Shown here one piece after another: positions 14,179 through 28,602 of a stretch of 64,000 bases of DNA. The notes beneath the pieces were generated by a model that was not told where the DNA came from, searched no databases, and saw nothing but the letters and a program-made list of their open reading frames with translations. This DNA comes from Eledone cirrhosa. Its lineage: Eukaryota. The position numbers and the translations under genes are program-made. The number at the start of each line of letters is the position of its first letter. Within the stretch, counting starts at the first letter, position 1. The stretch covers positions 2,108,001 to 2,172,000 of the forward strand of contig OZ024766.1 of NCBI GenBank assembly GCA_964016885.1. The letters are read 5' to 3'.

Positions 14179-14700
14179 TACGAGGGCTGGCTGAAAGGTC
14201 CATAGCCTGACTAGGAAGGGGTGATACTACTAGAGCTGCGAAATCTTGCATGCATACATTTCAAATTATCAAAACATTTAGTCATTCCACGAGAGTACCT
14301 TGGTCAGCCCCCTTTCAGCTGACCCACACAGGCTGACTAAGAAGGAGTGATACTAGAGCTGCGAAATCTTGCATGCATACATTTCAAATTATCAAAACAT
14401 TTAGTCATTCCACGAGAGTACCTTGGTCAGCCCCCTTTCAGCTGACCCACACAGGCTGACTAAGAAGGAGTGATACTAGAGCTGCGAAATCTTGCATGCA
14501 TACATTTCAAATTATCAGAACATTTAGTCATTCCACGAGAGTACCTTGGTCAGCCCCCTTTCAGCTGACCCACACAGGCTGACTAAGAAGGGGTGATACT
14601 AGAGCTGCGAAATCTTGCATGCATACATTTCAAATTATCAAAACATTTAGTGATTCCCCGAGAGTTACCTTGGTCAGCCCCCTTTCAGCTGACCCACACA
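14179..14700. repeat. 123-bp tandem repeat (x4), probably mariner-MITE derived, in the myc 3'UTR
   Basis: TAGAGCTGCG recurs at 14231, 14354, 14477 and 14600. The array begins TA-CGAGGGCTGGCTGAAAG (mariner-TIR-like) and units end CTTTCAGCTGACCC. Confidence 0.8.
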
Positions 14701-14743
14701 ACATCTCTCAATACACCCCCTACAAATATATAAACATATTATA

Positions 14744-15414
14744 TTACTTACGCCCATGAACCTCGTTCCATTTCGACGACAGCTCCCTCAGCCTGGCTTG
14801 GAGAAGCAAGTTTTCACTCTTCACCTTTTCCATTCTTGCCAGCATCTCCCTCTCTTCTCTGTTGGCCTGTTTTATGGAGCGGAGGGCCTCGTCTACTATC
14901 CTCTTCTGAGAGGCTTTCGGGTCATCCTTGACTGCATCCACGACTACCCTCAGCTCGTTAAGGAGTTCACTCATCTGGGCCCGGCGCCGCCTTTCAAGCT
15001 CGTTGTGTACGGCCTTCTCCGTGTGTGACATACACTTGCGCCTCTTTGCCTTCTCTCCGAACGACCTGGCATCGTCGAAGGACCTGAAAGCCGTGCCCTT
15101 CACTAAACCACCACCGGACAAACCACAGGTGACAGTAGTAACCATCTGAGCAGCAGGGCAGACAGTGGACCCTGTTGCCAAGGTAATGCTGCTGCTACTG
15201 CTGCTGCTGATACTATCCAATGACGACGAAGGGGATAGGTATGCAAATGAAGATGCAGACGAGAGAGAACTGGATCTTGACGACGACGATGATGATGATG
15301 CTGGCGGTGTTATTGGCGGTGACAGGGGAGCGCTGCTAGAGATGGTCCTTATTCCCCCAGACAGGAGGGACTGGGTATTCTTTGCTGATCTGTGTATAAT
15401 CCCTGATTGATGAA
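14744..15414 (-). CDS. myc: Myc-like transcription factor, last coding exon (bHLH-leucine zipper)
   Basis: Encodes HNELERRRRAQMSELLNELR...KASQKRIVDEALRSI plus zipper heptads M-V-L-L at the C-terminus. Acceptor TTTTCTTCCATTGCAG|TT at 15415/15414 is phase 1 and joins the upstream G to form GTT (Val). Joined CDS is 850+671=1521 nt (506 aa). Family assignment (Myc versus Mxd/Mnt) rests on motifs only. Confidence 0.88.
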
Positions 15415-15564
15415 CTGCAATGGAAGAAAATATTAAGATGAACAAATTAAACATTAACAACTTGGAGAGGGATTTAGTAATCTATATAAGGGCAGGAGGG
15501 AAAAGTGGTTGTTGTTGAGAGAAAAGTACAGTGAGAGAGAGAGTGTGAAAGAGTTTAACTACCA

Positions 15565-16867
15565 TTTACATTACTCTATATATACTATTGTATTTTCACA
15601 GTAAAGGCTTTACCTCACATAATACCTACATTACTCTATATATACTATTGTATTTTCACAGTAAAGGCTTTACCTCACATAACACCTACATTACTCTATA
15701 TATACTATTGTATGTTCACAGTAAAGGCTTTACCTCACATAACACCTACATTACTCTATATATACTATTGTATGTTCACAGTAAAGGCTTTACCTCACAT
15801 AACACCTACATTACTCTATATATACTATTGTATTGTCACAGTAAAGGCTTTACCTCACATAACACCTACATTACTCTATATATACTATTGTATTGTCACA
15901 GTAAAGGCTTTACCTCACATAACACCTACATTACTCTATATATACTATTGTATTGTCACAGTAAAGGCTTTACCTCACATAACACCTACATTACTCTATA
16001 TATACTATTGTATTGTCACAGTAAAGGCTTTACCTCACATAACACCTACATTACTCTATATATACTATTGTATTGTCACAGTAAAGGCTTTACCTCACAT
16101 AATACCTACATTACTCTATATATACTATTGTATGTTCACAGTAAAGGCTTTACCTCACATAACACCTACATTACTCTATATATACTATTGTATTGTCACA
16201 GTAAAGGCTTTACCTCACATAACACCTACATTACTCTATATATACTATTGTATTGTCACAGTAAAGGCTTTACCTCACATAACACCTACATTACTCTATA
16301 TATACTATTGTATTGTCACAGTAAAGGCTTTACCTCACATAATACCTACATTACTCTATATATACTATTGTATGTTCACAGTAAAGGCTTTACCTCACAT
16401 AACACCTACATTACTCTATATATACTATTGTATGTTCACAGTAAAGGCTTTACCTCACATAACACCTACATTACTCTATATATACTATTGTATTGTCACA
16501 GTAAAGGCTTTACCTCACATAACACCTACATTACTCTATATATACTATTGTATTGTCACAGTAAAGGCTTTACCTCACATAATACCTACATTACTCTATA
16601 TATACTATTGTATTGTCACAGTAAAGGCTTTACCTCACATAACACCTACATTACTCTATATATACTATTGTATTGTCACAGTAAAGGCTTTACCTCACAT
16701 AACACCTACATTACTCTATATATACTATTGTATTGTCACAGTAAAGGCTTTACCTCACATAACACCTACATTACTCTATATATACTATTGTATTGTCACA
16801 GTAAAGGCTTTACCTCACATAACACCTACATTACTCTATATATACTATTGTATGTTCACAGTAAAGG
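15565..16867. repeat. 60-bp minisatellite, ~21.5 nearly identical copies
   Basis: Unit GTAAAGGCTTTACCTCACATAACACCTACATTACTCTATATATACTATTGTATTGTCACA; accounts for the spurious 429-aa and 405-aa ORFs. Confidence 0.97.
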
Positions 16868-17339
16868 TAATGAGTAATATAAATGTTGAAATGGTTTTTA
16901 CAATACATCCTTGTTTATTTTTTCTATGAGATTTTGATTATTTATTTTGAAAACAATACCTTAACATCAGTATGAGTGGACGGTTATGGCTGGTTTGAAC
17001 AGAAAGGTGAGAGAATTCTGGCCAGGTATGGCCAGTTTAAATGCTAAAAGACTAGCAGTAGAAGTATGATGTGAAACAAGGACATTGCAATCTCTCTAGT
17101 GGATGGTGACATGATAAAACACCCACTACACTATGTAAACTGGTTAGTGACTAGAAGAGCCCTCAACTGGAGAAACCATGTCATACAAAAGATACTGAAA
17201 ATGATTGTGTACAGTGCTCAGGTGCATCACAACTTAACAAAGGTGCATGTATAGTACATAGAATAATGTACAAATGTCAGGAAAATTAACAGTGCATGAG
17301 TCATGCATGATATACAAACAGACACTTGCATGTGTGTGT

Positions 17340-17885
17340 ATGGAGGGGGAATATCAAGTGTAGTGTTGGCAAATTTCCTGAAGCATGGAAGTTTTGAAGG
17401 ATGCAGTGTCTCAACAGCTAACAACTGATGCAGGGAGTTTGTTCCATGGAGGTTTTAAAGGATGCAGTGTCTCGACAGCTAACAACTGATGCAGGTAGTT
17501 TGTTCCATGGAAGTTTTAAAGGATGCAGTGTCTCGACAGCTAACAACTGATGCAGGTAGTTTGTTCCATGGAAGTTTTAAAGGATGCAGTGTCTCGACAG
17601 CTAACAACTGATGCAAGGAGTTTGTTCCATGGAGGTTTTAAAGGATGCAGTGTCTCGACAGCTAACAACTGATGCAGGGAGTTTGTTCCATGGAGGTTTT
17701 AAAGGATGCAGTGTCCTGATAGCTAACAACTGATGCAGGGAGTTTGTTCCATGGAAGTTTTAAAGGATGCAGTGTCCTGACAGCTAACAACTGATGCAGG
17801 GAGTTTGTTCCATGCTTCAGCAACTCAGTGAGAAAAATGTTTCCAAAAGTCACAGGAACTGTACTGTTTTCTGATTTTGTAATCA
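17340..17885 (-). repeat. CR1/L2-like LINE 3' fragment with a 61-bp tandem array (~7 copies)
   Basis: The unit translates as WNKLPASVVS..TASFK (the WNxLP motif of LINE C-termini). Confidence 0.75.
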
Positions 17886-18547
17886 TAATAACTGGATGCC
17901 CTTCCGAACACCAACCACATTACAATGTGAACTGGGCGCTTTCTATTGTGTCACCAGCACAACCACATTACAGGGTGGACTGGGTGCTTTCTATTGTGTC
18001 ACCAGCACAACCACATTACAGGGTGGACTGGGTGCTTTCTATTGTGTCACCAGCACTACCACTTTACAGATTGAATGGGTGCATTATATCATGACACCAA
18101 CACTACCACTTTACAGAGTGAACTGGGCGTATTTTATGACACCAACACTACCACTTTACAGAGTGAACTGGGCGTATTTTATGACACCAACACTTTACAG
18201 AGTGTACTGGGTGTTTTTTTATGACACCAACACTACCACTACAGAGTGTACTGGGTGTATTTTTATCATGATACTACCATCAGAAAGGCTGCTGGGTGTC
18301 TACATAGGCAATACAAGCATATATATATACACACTTGTGCCAGCCGGCTAACATACACTCACACACATATGTATATATGATTTCCTTTGAATGAAAGTTC
18401 TAGTCTTGTAGAAGACATTTCTATATTAAACATACATACTTAACCCTGTATTGAGTACTTTACTGGGTTACACCTGATTGAACCCAGTATTCACACACAC
18501 ACACACACACATACATACATACATATACACACACACTTTTTTTTTTC

Positions 18548-19067
18548 CTTTTATGACCACTTTTCCCTGCTTGCAAGGGTGGGACGGGAACTGATTCTGG
18601 CTTGATCTCTACAGCTGGATGCCCTTCCTAACACCAACCTCATTTACAGTGAGTGCTGGGTGCTTTTTTGCCGTGGCACCTCCACGACCACTTTACAGTG
18701 AGTGCCGGGTGTTTTTTTGCCGTGGCACCTCCACGACCACTTTACAGCGAGTGCCGGGTGTTTTTTTGCCGTGGCACCTCCACGACCACTTTACAATGAG
18801 TGCTGGGTGCTTTTATGCCGTGGCACTTCCACGACCACTTTGCAGGAGTGCCGGGTGCTTTTATGCCGTGGCACCTCCACGACCACTTTGCAGTGGAATG
18901 ATAGGGACCGCAGTCCCTATCATCTCATTTCTACAGCTGAGTAAACTGGAGCAATGTGAAATAAAGTGTCTTGCTCAAGGAAACAACACATCACCTGGTC
19001 TGAGAATTGAACTCACAACCTTTCGATTGCAAGGCCAATGCTCTAACCACTAAGCCATGTGCCTCCA
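18548..19067 (-). mobile_element. SINE family 1 with ~5 internal 49-bp repeats
   Basis: Same family; unit TTTACAGTGAGTGCTGGGTGCTTTTTTGCCGTGGCACCTCCACGACCAC is reiterated. Confidence 0.88.
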
Positions 19068-19289
19068 TTATATAACAAAGGAATTGTGGTAAGGAACCAG
19101 ATGGACCATAACGCACCAGAGTACTCAATACTTAGGGTAGTAGAGTGAGAAATAGGAAAATAGTTGAACTTGTCAAGGGGGTACCCCCTTGACAAGTTTG
19201 GCTATTTATTCACCAGGCTAAAAATTCTAATTTAGTCCAGAAATAGCTGTCGAAACGGTTTGAGCTCTGCCGTCGGGGTCATACTTTTT

Positions 19290-19330
<41 letters not shown>

Positions 19331-19494
19331 TGCTTCTACAATAGTGATGACTAACAGAGCTACTAAATAACAGATGAGGGTATATACAAGCGTGTGTGTA
19401 TATAATAAAGCAGGTTATATACAAGTGTATATATAAACCTTGCTAGCTGTGAGAAGACAATTACGTCAGCTTAAACCGAATACTGCGCAATAGA

Positions 19495-20080
19495 GTTGTA
19501 ACTACTACTACTTCCACCATCACTACAGCTGCTACCACTACTACTACTACCACCATCACTACAGCTGCTACCACTACTACTACTACCACCATCACTACAG
19601 CTGCTACCACCACTACTACCACCATCACTACAGCTGCTACCACTACTACTACTACTACTACCACTACCACTACTTCCACCATCACAACAGCTACTACCAC
19701 CACCACTACAGCTGCTACCACCATTACTACTACTACCACCATTACTACTACTACTACCACCACCACCACAGCTGCTACCACTACTACTACTACTACTACC
19801 ACTACTTCCACCATCACAACAGCTACTACCACCATTACTACTACTACTACTTCCACCATCACAACAGCTACTACCACCATTACTACTACTACCACCACCA
19901 TTACTACTACTACCACCACCACCACAGCCGCTACCACCATTACTACTACTACTACTACCACCATCACTACAGCTGCTACCAATGCTACAGCCACTACTAC
20001 TACCACCACCACTACTACTACCACCACCACCACCACTACTACTACCACCACCACCAGAGCTGCTACCACTACTACTACTC
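19495..20080. repeat. (ACT/ACC)n trinucleotide low-complexity tract
   Basis: Direct reading; similar tracts at 5985-6390, 24960-25480, 34320-34960 and 45635-46155. Confidence 0.9.
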
Positions 20081-20124
20081 CGGATGGCTGACTAAAAACA
20101 AGACATGGTTGTCAGAATGTATGT

Positions 20125-21380
20125 AGACACAGTGGTGTACACATACACACACACAGTGGTGTACACATACACACACACAGTGGTGTACACATACACACAC
20201 ACAGTGGTGTACACATACACACACACAGTGGTGTACACATACACACACACAGTGGTGTACACATACATACACACAGTGGTGTACACATACATACACAGTG
20301 GTGTACACATACACACACACAGTGGTGTACACATACACACACACAGTGGTGTACACATACATACACACAGTGGTGTACACATACACACACACAGTGGTGT
20401 ACACATACACACACACACAGTGGTGTACACATACACACACACAGTGGTGTACACATACACACACACACAGTGGTGTACACATACATACACAGTGGTGTAC
20501 ACATACACACACACAGTGGTGTACACATACACACACACACAGTGGTGTACACATACACACACACAGTGGTGTACACATACACACACACACAGTGGTGTAC
20601 ACATACATACACACAGTGGTGTACACATACACACACACAGTGGTGTACACATACACACACACACAGTGGTGTACACATACACACACACAGTGGTGTACAC
20701 ATACACACACACAGTGGTGTACACATACACACACACAGTGGTGTACACATACACACACACAGTGGTGTACACATACACACACACAGTGGTGTACACATAC
20801 ACACACACAGTGGTGTACACATACACACACACAGTGGTGTACACATACATACACACAGTGGTGTACACATACACACACACAGTGGTGTACACATACACAC
20901 ACACAGTGGTGTACACATACATACACACAGTGGTGTACACATACATACACAGATGTACATACATAGTGATGTACACACATACAGTGCTGTACACGCACAC
21001 AGTGGTGTACACACATACACACACACAGTGGTGTACACATACATACACACAGTGGTGTACACATACATACACAGATGTACACACATACAGTGCTGTACAC
21101 GCACACAGTGGTGTACACACATACACACACACAGTGGTGTACACACACACACACAATGGTGTACACATACACACACAGTGGTGTACACATACACACACAC
21201 AGTGGTGTACACACATACTCAGTGCTGTACATACACACACTGGTGTACACACAGTGCTGTACATACACACACAGAGTGATGTACAAACACACACATACAC
21301 ACACAGAGTGATGTACAAACACACACATACACTGATGTACATACATACATACATAGTGATGTACATACACACACACAAAG
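20125..21380. repeat. ~22-bp CA-rich minisatellite (ACAGTGGTGTACACATACACAC)
   Basis: More than 40 copies, degenerating towards the right. Confidence 0.95.
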
Positions 21381-21742
21381 TGAGTACATACATACACACA
21401 CTGATATACATACATATACCAGCATATATACACACACGCCGGCTTTTATAGAGAGAGAGAGATATATACATACCGGTTTATATATAGAGAGGGAGGATAT
21501 ATATATATAGAGAGAGGTATATACATACAGGCTTTTAGAGAGAAAGAGGGGGTATATACATGCACACACGTGTGTATGAATATTAAGCCGGTTATGTGTG
21601 TGTATATATATATATACACACATACACACACAAGCTCTATATATTTGATTTTGTAGGCGTGTACAAATGTGTATATGTACATTTCATATTGAGTGAATAT
21701 GACTGTATATATATATATTATCTAGCCGGATGTACATGTATG

Positions 21743-21807
<65 letters not shown>

Positions 21808-22156
21808 GAACATCTATCTATTTGTAGATATATCATGTTACTGTGTCTCTATATGTGATTATATGTGTGTATATATATATATATATATGCCTATATATTT
21901 ATATACACACACTTAAGCCGGTATGTGCGTAATTAGTCGAACTTCTATTTTCTGTGTGGCTGTATTAGCTGGTGTGTATATATATATATATATACATACA
22001 TACACACATATATATCTATATACATACATATATATATATATATACATACATACATACATATATACATACATACATATATATCTATATACATACATACATA
22101 CATACATACACATATATATATATATATATATACATACACATATATATCTATATATA

Positions 22157-22211
22157 TTATCTGATGAAAGCGCACCATAACTTGTCTTGGCCCTTGAAAT
22201 ATGTATAATAA
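22157..22211 (+). ncRNA. Hammerhead ribozyme, 5'-truncated family A copy, antisense within the myc intron
   Basis: CTGATGA at 22161-22167, GAAA at 22196-22199. Stem I is only 4 bp and stem II carries a small deletion. Confidence 0.55.
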
Positions 22212-22246
22212 AATAAATATGGTTTTATAAATATAGTTTCCATTTG

Positions 22247-22298
<52 letters not shown>

Positions 22299-22485
22299 CA
22301 GGTCTATATGTGTTTAAGCCGGTGTATGTGAGTGTGTGTATATGTGAGTGTGTGTATATATGAGCCGGTGTGTATAAGTATGTGATACTAACATGCATGT
22401 CAGCTGGTATGTGTATGTCTAGCTCTACACACACACACATATTTGTTAGTGTGACCAGCATTGCGTTAGTCTAGACGTGTGTGTA

Positions 22486-22532
<47 letters not shown>

Positions 22533-22744
22533 TAGCCTAGACATGTATGTATGTGTGTATATATATATACACACATGACCGTGGGTAAATGTATATAGTC
22601 TGAATGCGGTGAGGATGTGACACTATTCATGTGTATAAATATATATAGCTCTCTACATTGTGTGTATATAGCTCTCTATCTATGTGTATGTGTGTATATA
22701 TCTATATCTATGTATCTGTATATGTATATATATATATATATATA

Positions 22745-22777
<33 letters not shown>

Positions 22778-23031
22778 GGTAAATAAATGTGCGTCGTTAT
22801 ATGTTGTATAAGTATATATATGGCTTCTTCTCAACATATACCCTGCTGCGTATATATATATATATATACATACATACATACATACATACATGTGTGTGTG
22901 TACATACTATACATGCACAATGTTTTAGGTACTCGTGTACGTAAAATAATTGAAGAAGCACTCAATGCGTGCGAAGTTTAGGCTAATATGCCCTCGTCAC
23001 CTACATACATATAGAGGTATGTATGTATATG

Positions 23032-23067
<36 letters not shown>

Positions 23068-25494
23068 CGTATGTCTACACTACCTCACTATACATACCTA
23101 CATACACACTAGAGCAACCACACCCACCCTCTACGTACAGTACAGAGACAGAGGTGGTGGTGTGTTACTGGTCAGTTAACTGTACTCTGCCTACTCCCCT
23201 CACTTTCCCGCCACTAATCACCACCTTTTTCCGGTCTCGTCGAATAATCTTCACAGAACGAAACCGGGACAGTCAAGTGCTTACAAAAGACACCCCCCCC
23301 CCCACGCCCGCGCTCCCCTCCTTGTCGTCACATGTATGGCGGTGTGTGAGATATGTGGAGATAGAGCTGGGGGTGGTGGCGATGTGGCGGGGAGGGGTAC
23401 CGAAAGACAGTATCAGTAGAAGGAGGTGGCGGCGGCGTCAGTGATGTCTGAAGAAACAGGTGTTGGTGTTGGTGGTGGTGTAGCTGTCAAAAGACAGGTG
23501 AAGATGGCGGCGTTGGTGTAGCTGTCAGAAGACAGGTGAAGATGGCGGCGGTGGTGTAGCTGTCAAAAGACAGGTGAAGATGGCGGTGGTTTGGGAGAGA
23601 AAGAGAGAGAGAGAGAGACACAGAGTTGTCTAACGACATTAAAACACTGCTTTTACTTATTCCGGCTGCTAAGATCTAACGATCATACATACCCCCCCCC
23701 CCACATTCCAGGATAGACAAAATTAAGTACCAGCAATGAGCTGGTGTCGATTCAAGCGACCCCAACCCCCTCCTCGACCACATCACAATCAAATCTACCC
23801 TCAAAATTGCTGGCCCCCGGGCGTAAATTAGGAATTAGCGGTTTAGTAATGTGGTGAATGTGTAGTAGTAGGACAGTGGGTGGATTTACTACTGCAGGGC
23901 AGGTCCCGGAACTTCTCAGGGAGAAGAAGTAAGGTATTTTTTTAAACCTGACAGAGCCAGAGTCTGAATAGAGATTTCTTAGAGAGAGAGAGAGAGAGAA
24001 CGAGAGAGAGAAAGAGTTTTTTAGAAGACTCAATCCCCAGTACGACACTGGTACTTTTTTTTATCGACCTCATTCAATAGATGAAAGAAATGACCTCGGA
24101 AGGGTTTGAACTCAAAAGACGGAATAAATACCACAAACCTATCAGACGTTCTAACGACTGATAGTTCACCACTTATGGAATTAATACTCCCTCCCTCCCT
24201 CCCGACACCCACCCTCCACTGCGACAACCACCACACCTCACACCCCCATCTTTTGTGTGGGACGAGTGGAGGCGGTGATGAGAGATGTTGGTGTATTTAG
24301 TACCACTACACATCACATCCCCCCCCTCTATCTTTTGAGTGGGATGGAGGAGGCGGTGGTGGTGTGGTGGTGGGTCGGTAATACTTTGTACTAGGACCAG
24401 ATACCATCAACATGACGACTACCCAAACCCACCAACACCAACACCTTCCCTCTTATCTGTCGTGCGGGGGTGGGGTGAGGTGGTGGTGTAAGTTATGCCG
24501 GTACAGATACCACCACCACCGCCGCCATCACATCCGTCTCCCTATCTCCCCCCCCCCCCTCGAGGGTGGACGGAAGTGAAGGAAGGTTCTGACTTATATA
24601 TCAGTTACCATTTACCAGATACGACCACCACCACCACTACAACAACACCACACAACACAACACCCCGCGGTGGCTGGTGGTGGAGGGCGGGGCCGGGTCG
24701 GCGGGGGGTCCAGCTCTGCCGCCGGTGTATAGAAGTACCAGGACCGCCGCCGCGGCTCACGCTAACACCCCCCCCCCCACCTCTCTTATGCGGTGGTGTC
24801 AGTTATGCCGGTATACTCAGTACCAACGACCACATACCAACAGCCCCTCGCCCCCTCTCCTCCTTCCCCAGACAGCAACACCACCGCCGCCGCCCCTAGC
24901 TATATCAGTCAACGTAGACCGACAAGAGACTAACTACAACACTAATCATAGTTATCAGCATGGTGGTAGTAGTAGTAGTAGTAGTAGTATTGGTAGTAGT
25001 AGTAATAGCAGCAACAGTAGTAGAGGAAGCTAAGAGCAGACGAGAGCATTCTACTACTATTACTACTACTACTACTATTAATCAGTAATTGGCGGTGAAT
25101 AGTAGTGGTAGTAGTAGTAAGAGAGGAGCAGACGAGAACACTACTATTACTACTACTATTAATCAGTAATTGGCGGTGAATAGTAGTAGTAGTAGTAAGA
25201 GAGGAGCAGACGAGAACACTACTATTACTACTACTATTAATCAGTAATTGGCGGTGAATAGTAGTAGTAGTAGTAGTAGTAAGAGAGGAGCAGACGGGAA
25301 CACTACTACTACTACTACTATTATAGTAATTGGCGGTGAATAGTAGTAGTAGTAGTAAGAGAGGAGCAGACGAACACAATACTACTAATATTACTCAGTA
25401 ACTGTATGTGCTGAATGGTAGTAGTAGTGATCCTAATAGTAGAACAAGAAGTAGTGAGTAGTAGTAGTAGTAGTAGTACTAACGATTAAAAAAA

Positions 25495-25570
25495 AAAAGG
25501 CGGGTGACGGCGGTGAAAGATTTAGCGCCATATGACGTCATCGCAGCACACTTTGAAAAAGGCCGCACAA
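25495..25570. promoter_or_regulatory. Intronic enhancer/promoter-like motif cluster
   Basis: 10-bp palindromic CRE ATGACGTCAT at 25532-25541, TTTAGCGCC (E2F-like), CGCCAT (YY1 core) and TTTGAA (CHR-like) within 70 bp. Confidence 0.35.
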
Positions 25571-26113
25571 GAGTTTTTACAATAAACGAGGTTTGGGGAG
25601 GGGCAGAAATATGTGAGTGTACATATATGTGTGTGTGTGTGTGAACCTTGTAACGAAGGTGTTTGATTTTATCTCCCTGTTAAGAAGCCCCACTGCCCCT
25701 AATTTAGGGCAAGGTTCGCAGAGATACGTGTAATGAGATATAGAGACGTACATACATACATATATATACACACACATTGAGATATATAGACGTGTGTATA
25801 TCAATGCTTACCCCCCCCCCCCCCGTCTCTATTGCCGGCATGTGGCATGTACAAGTGCTTAGCTCCGTGTGTGCGTATGTATATGTATATAGGAAAATGT
25901 TTAACCCCGACGGCAGAGCTCAAACCGTTTCGACGGCTATTTCTGGACTCATTTCAGTCCAGAAATAGCCGCCGAAACGGTTTGAGCTCTGCCGTCGGGG
26001 TTGGTTAAACATTTTCTTATTACCCACTCTACTACCCTAAGTATTGAGTACTCTGGTGCGCTATGATGGTCCATCTGGTTCCATACCACAACTCCATTAT
26101 ATATATATATATA

Positions 26114-26427
26114 TGGAGGCACAAGGCCTAGTGGTTAGAGCAATTCTCAGACCGGGTGATGTGTTGTGTCCTGTCCTTGAGCAAGACACTTTATTTCACA
26201 TTGCTCCAGTTTACTCAGCTGTAGAAATGAGATGATAGGGACTGGGGTCCCTATCATTCCACTGTAAAGTGGTCGTGGAGGTGCCACGCCAAGAAAGCAC
26301 CCAGCACTCACTGTAAATGAGGTTGGTGTTAGGAAGGGCATCCAGCTGTCGAAATCAAGCCAGAATCAGTTCCTGTCCCACCCTTGCAAGCAGGGAGAGG
26401 CGGATGTAAAAATAAAATGAAATGATG

Positions 26428-26430
<3 letters not shown>
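26114..26430 (+). mobile_element. SINE family 1 with a partly deleted tRNA head
   Basis: Same core and tail as 5140-5475. Confidence 0.85.
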
Positions 26431-26472
<42 letters not shown>

Positions 26473-26915
26473 CACAAAATCCTTAAAAGCCGGCTGTAAA
26501 AAATCTCAAAAATTTTGGTGAGAAAATCTGAGGATAGGCGAGTCGTTTTGAATTATATATAGTATATATATATATATATATATATACATATGTGTGTATA
26601 TATATATATGTAGTATATATATGGGTGTCCAGACAGTCACCCTGTCTCAACGTTGTGTACATATGTACACAGAACAAACTAGAGGATAGGCAGGGCTGTG
26701 ACAACAGACAGACATGTCCGTGCTGCATATGTATATCCATATTGTACATACGTGTGCATACATATATATATTTTATATATATATATATATGCACAAACAT
26801 ATATACACACTAAGAATCTTTAAAATGGACCGGACATGTTATATAAGTGAGGGTATATATATATATATATATATCAGTGTATATACACACAAATGCAGAC
26901 AGTAGTCACGCACTA

Positions 26916-26984
<69 letters not shown>

Positions 26985-27021
26985 AATGCAGACAGTAGTC
27001 ACGCACTAGTGTGTGCGTGTG

Positions 27022-27053
<32 letters not shown>

Positions 27054-27635
27054 TGCTAGTACTTTACTAGCGTGTTAAATATCAGAAAATATGCATATAT
27101 ACACACATCTATATACACACACATATCTATACACACACACACACATCTATACACACACACACACATCTATACACACACACACACACATCTATACACACAC
27201 ACACATCTATATACACACACACATACTCAGACATATGTTCAAAAGCAGACACACGTGTTAACTATGTAGAAAGCAGAGGCCGTTAACATGGTAGAGAAAT
27301 AGCAGTCAAGTCAGCCCAAATGAGGAAGGGCAGACACGGAATAGTGTAGTCATAGATACATATATCCACACGTTTATTGACAATTAACTCAGGGAGACTC
27401 AGTGTGAGAGTGTCATAATACTGGCCATTTGAATTTAATGTACTGCAATTAATTGCATACACCAGACACGTGTCCCCTTAATGAAGTACTGAGGGGGAAA
27501 TTAAGTATGATATAGTGTGACAGGGCTGTATTATAGAAGTGGCTGAGTGTACCGTACACGTGTATCTTAGTATAGTTCTCAACGGACTAATTTTCAAATT
27601 GTGTTGGAACCTTCTCAAGCCGGTACTTTTAAACT

Positions 27636-28288
27636 ACACGTGTGTATATATATATACACACACACATTGAAATACACGTGTATATATATATACACATTGA
27701 AATACACGTGTATATATATATACACATTGAAATACACGTGTATATATATATACACATTGAAATACACGTATATATATATATACACATTGAAATACACGTA
27801 TATGTGTATACATATACACACATTGAAATACACGTATATGTATATATATATACATTGAAATACACGTATATATATATACATTGAAATACACGTATATATA
27901 TATATATACATTGAAATACACGTATATATATATATATACATTGAAATACACGTGTATATATATATATATATATATACATTGAAATACACGTATATATATA
28001 TATATATATATATACATTGAAATACACGTATATGTATATATATATACATTGAAATACACGTATATATATATATATATATACATTGAAATACACGTATATA
28101 TATATATATATATACATTGAAATACACGTATATATATATATACACACACACATTGAAATACACGTATATGTATATATATATATATATACATTGAAATACA
28201 CGTATATATATATATATATATTGAAATACGTGTATATATATATATACATTGAAATACGTGTATATATATATATATATTGAAATACGTG

Positions 28289-28324
<36 letters not shown>

Positions 28325-28378
28325 TTGAAATACGTGTATATATATACACACACATTCACATTGAAATACACGTGTGTA
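27636..28378. repeat. ~28-36 bp minisatellite ACATTGAAATACACGT[GA](TA)n with E-box cores
   Basis: About 23 copies; several contain CACGTG and most of the rest CACGTA. Confidence 0.92.
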
Positions 28379-28488
28379 TATACATATATGGGCACACATA
28401 CACACATACGTGCGTGATAAAGATGTCTGGTCGCCTTCAATATATTAGCCGGTATTGTATTAAAGCCAGGATTGCTAAGCCTGGGTCT

Positions 28489-28538
<50 letters not shown>

Positions 28539-28602
28539 TATATATACACACACACACATATATATACACACACTATATATATATACACACACAATATATA
28601 TA

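Noticed and set aside
15415-15460. Signal-peptide-like N-terminus MLMFNLFILIFSSIA of the bHLH ORF
   Set aside because: It is the translated polypyrimidine tract upstream of the splice acceptor.
15588-16929. 429-aa and 405-aa ORFs
   Set aside because: They arise from a 60-bp (multiple of three) minisatellite that is open in two frames, with no codon-position pattern in the variants.
19461-20069. Poly-Val membrane-like or mucin-like ORF
   Set aside because: Trinucleotide low-complexity tract inside an intron, with no supporting splice or domain evidence.
20075-21471. Long Cys/Val/His/Tyr-rich ORFs here and throughout the (TA)n/(CA)n tracts
   Set aside because: Dinucleotide repeats lack stop codons, so several frames on both strands are open.
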